Positions 63,679 through 64,000 of a stretch of DNA of 64,000 nucleotides are shown here, one piece after another (position 1 is the stretch's first letter; each line of letters starts with the position of its first letter). The DNA is taken from positions 3,529-67,528 of the IMG/VR virus record IMGVR_UViG_3300031965_000020. The stretch is one strand, 5' to 3'. Under the pieces are notes generated by a model that was given only the letters and a program-made list of their open reading frames with translations, was not told the DNA's origin and did no database searches. The stretch is from a virus. Lineage: Duplodnaviria; Caudoviricetes. Made by a program: the position numbers and the translations under genes.

Positions 63679-63999
63679 CTATGGCGCTTCGAGTTGATTC
63701 CCTGCATTGATGAGGACGGAACTGCCATCGACGCGCACTGTGAGGGGGCTCGTTGCCGTCCCGGCCCCGCCGAGCGCGCCGTTGGGATCGATTACAAGAG
63801 TGCCCGCGCCGGCTCCGATCTGCCCTTGTAGCTGTTGGATCTGTGCACGCAACTGAGCGACTTCGGCGGCGAGTTCGGCTTCTCGCGATGCGCCGCCGAT
63901 ATTCTCTTCGAGCGCGTTGACTGCGGTCACCAGGTATCGGAGGAGCCGCTCGACCACCGGGTCGACCTTGCCGGTTAATGATGGCAGCTGGATGGGCAT
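63679..63999 (-). CDS. Tail fibre-associated protein with coiled coil
   Basis: 106 aa; VAQLRAQIQQLQG; LGGAGTATSPL. Confidence 0.55.
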   Translation of the reverse strand: MPIQLPSLTGKVDPVVERLLRYLVTAVNALEENIGGASREAELAAEVAQLRAQIQQLQGQIGAGAGTLVIDPNGALGGAGTATSPLTVRVDGSSVLINAGNQLEAP

Positions 64000-64000
64000 G

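Noticed and set aside
1-64000. Amber (TAG) recoding
   Set aside because: Hallmark genes (MCP, portal, TerL, helicase, PolA halves) are full length under the standard code and end sensibly at TAG; reading through TAG would not fuse the PolA halves because the N-part ends in TGA 1 kb away

Overview
The window is a large part of a GC-rich (~64% by eye) tailed dsDNA phage genome with a podovirus-like (P22/SU10/T7-style) virion. There is no host DNA, integrase, CRISPR array or tRNA that I can recognise. It has three blocks. (1) 1-29.9 kb, minus strand: small basic proteins, probable TerS, TerL, an FmdB Zn-ribbon gene, a Mom-like gene, portal, scaffold, major capsid, decoration proteins, a GT9-like glycosyltransferase, neck proteins, a SAM methyltransferase, a 1390-aa tail protein and fibre/adhesin genes running off the left edge; one LAGLIDADG homing endonuclease lies antisense. 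(2) 29.9-52.5 kb, mostly plus strand: a divergent control region, many small early genes, an iteron-like array beside a RepA-like AAA helicase, an exonuclease/ATPase/SSB module, a cold-shock-domain protein, a RecD/Pif1 helicase, and a UDG-fused family A DNA polymerase split into two genes. (3) 52.4-64 kb, minus strand: lysis cassette, three ejection proteins (one with an SLT domain) and a four-gene glycosyltransferase/Maf-like cluster. Both window ends fall in the minus-strand tail region, so the late operon probably wraps through sequence outside the window. Most notable observations: a coiled-coil ORF apparently overprinted inside the polymerase gene, the two-subunit PolA, a GT9 paralog whose only sensible start is ACG, a six-gene candidate virion-glycosylation system, and twin RNA hairpins with identical loops after the capsid gene. 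All family assignments come from motif recognition by eye; no database searches were run.
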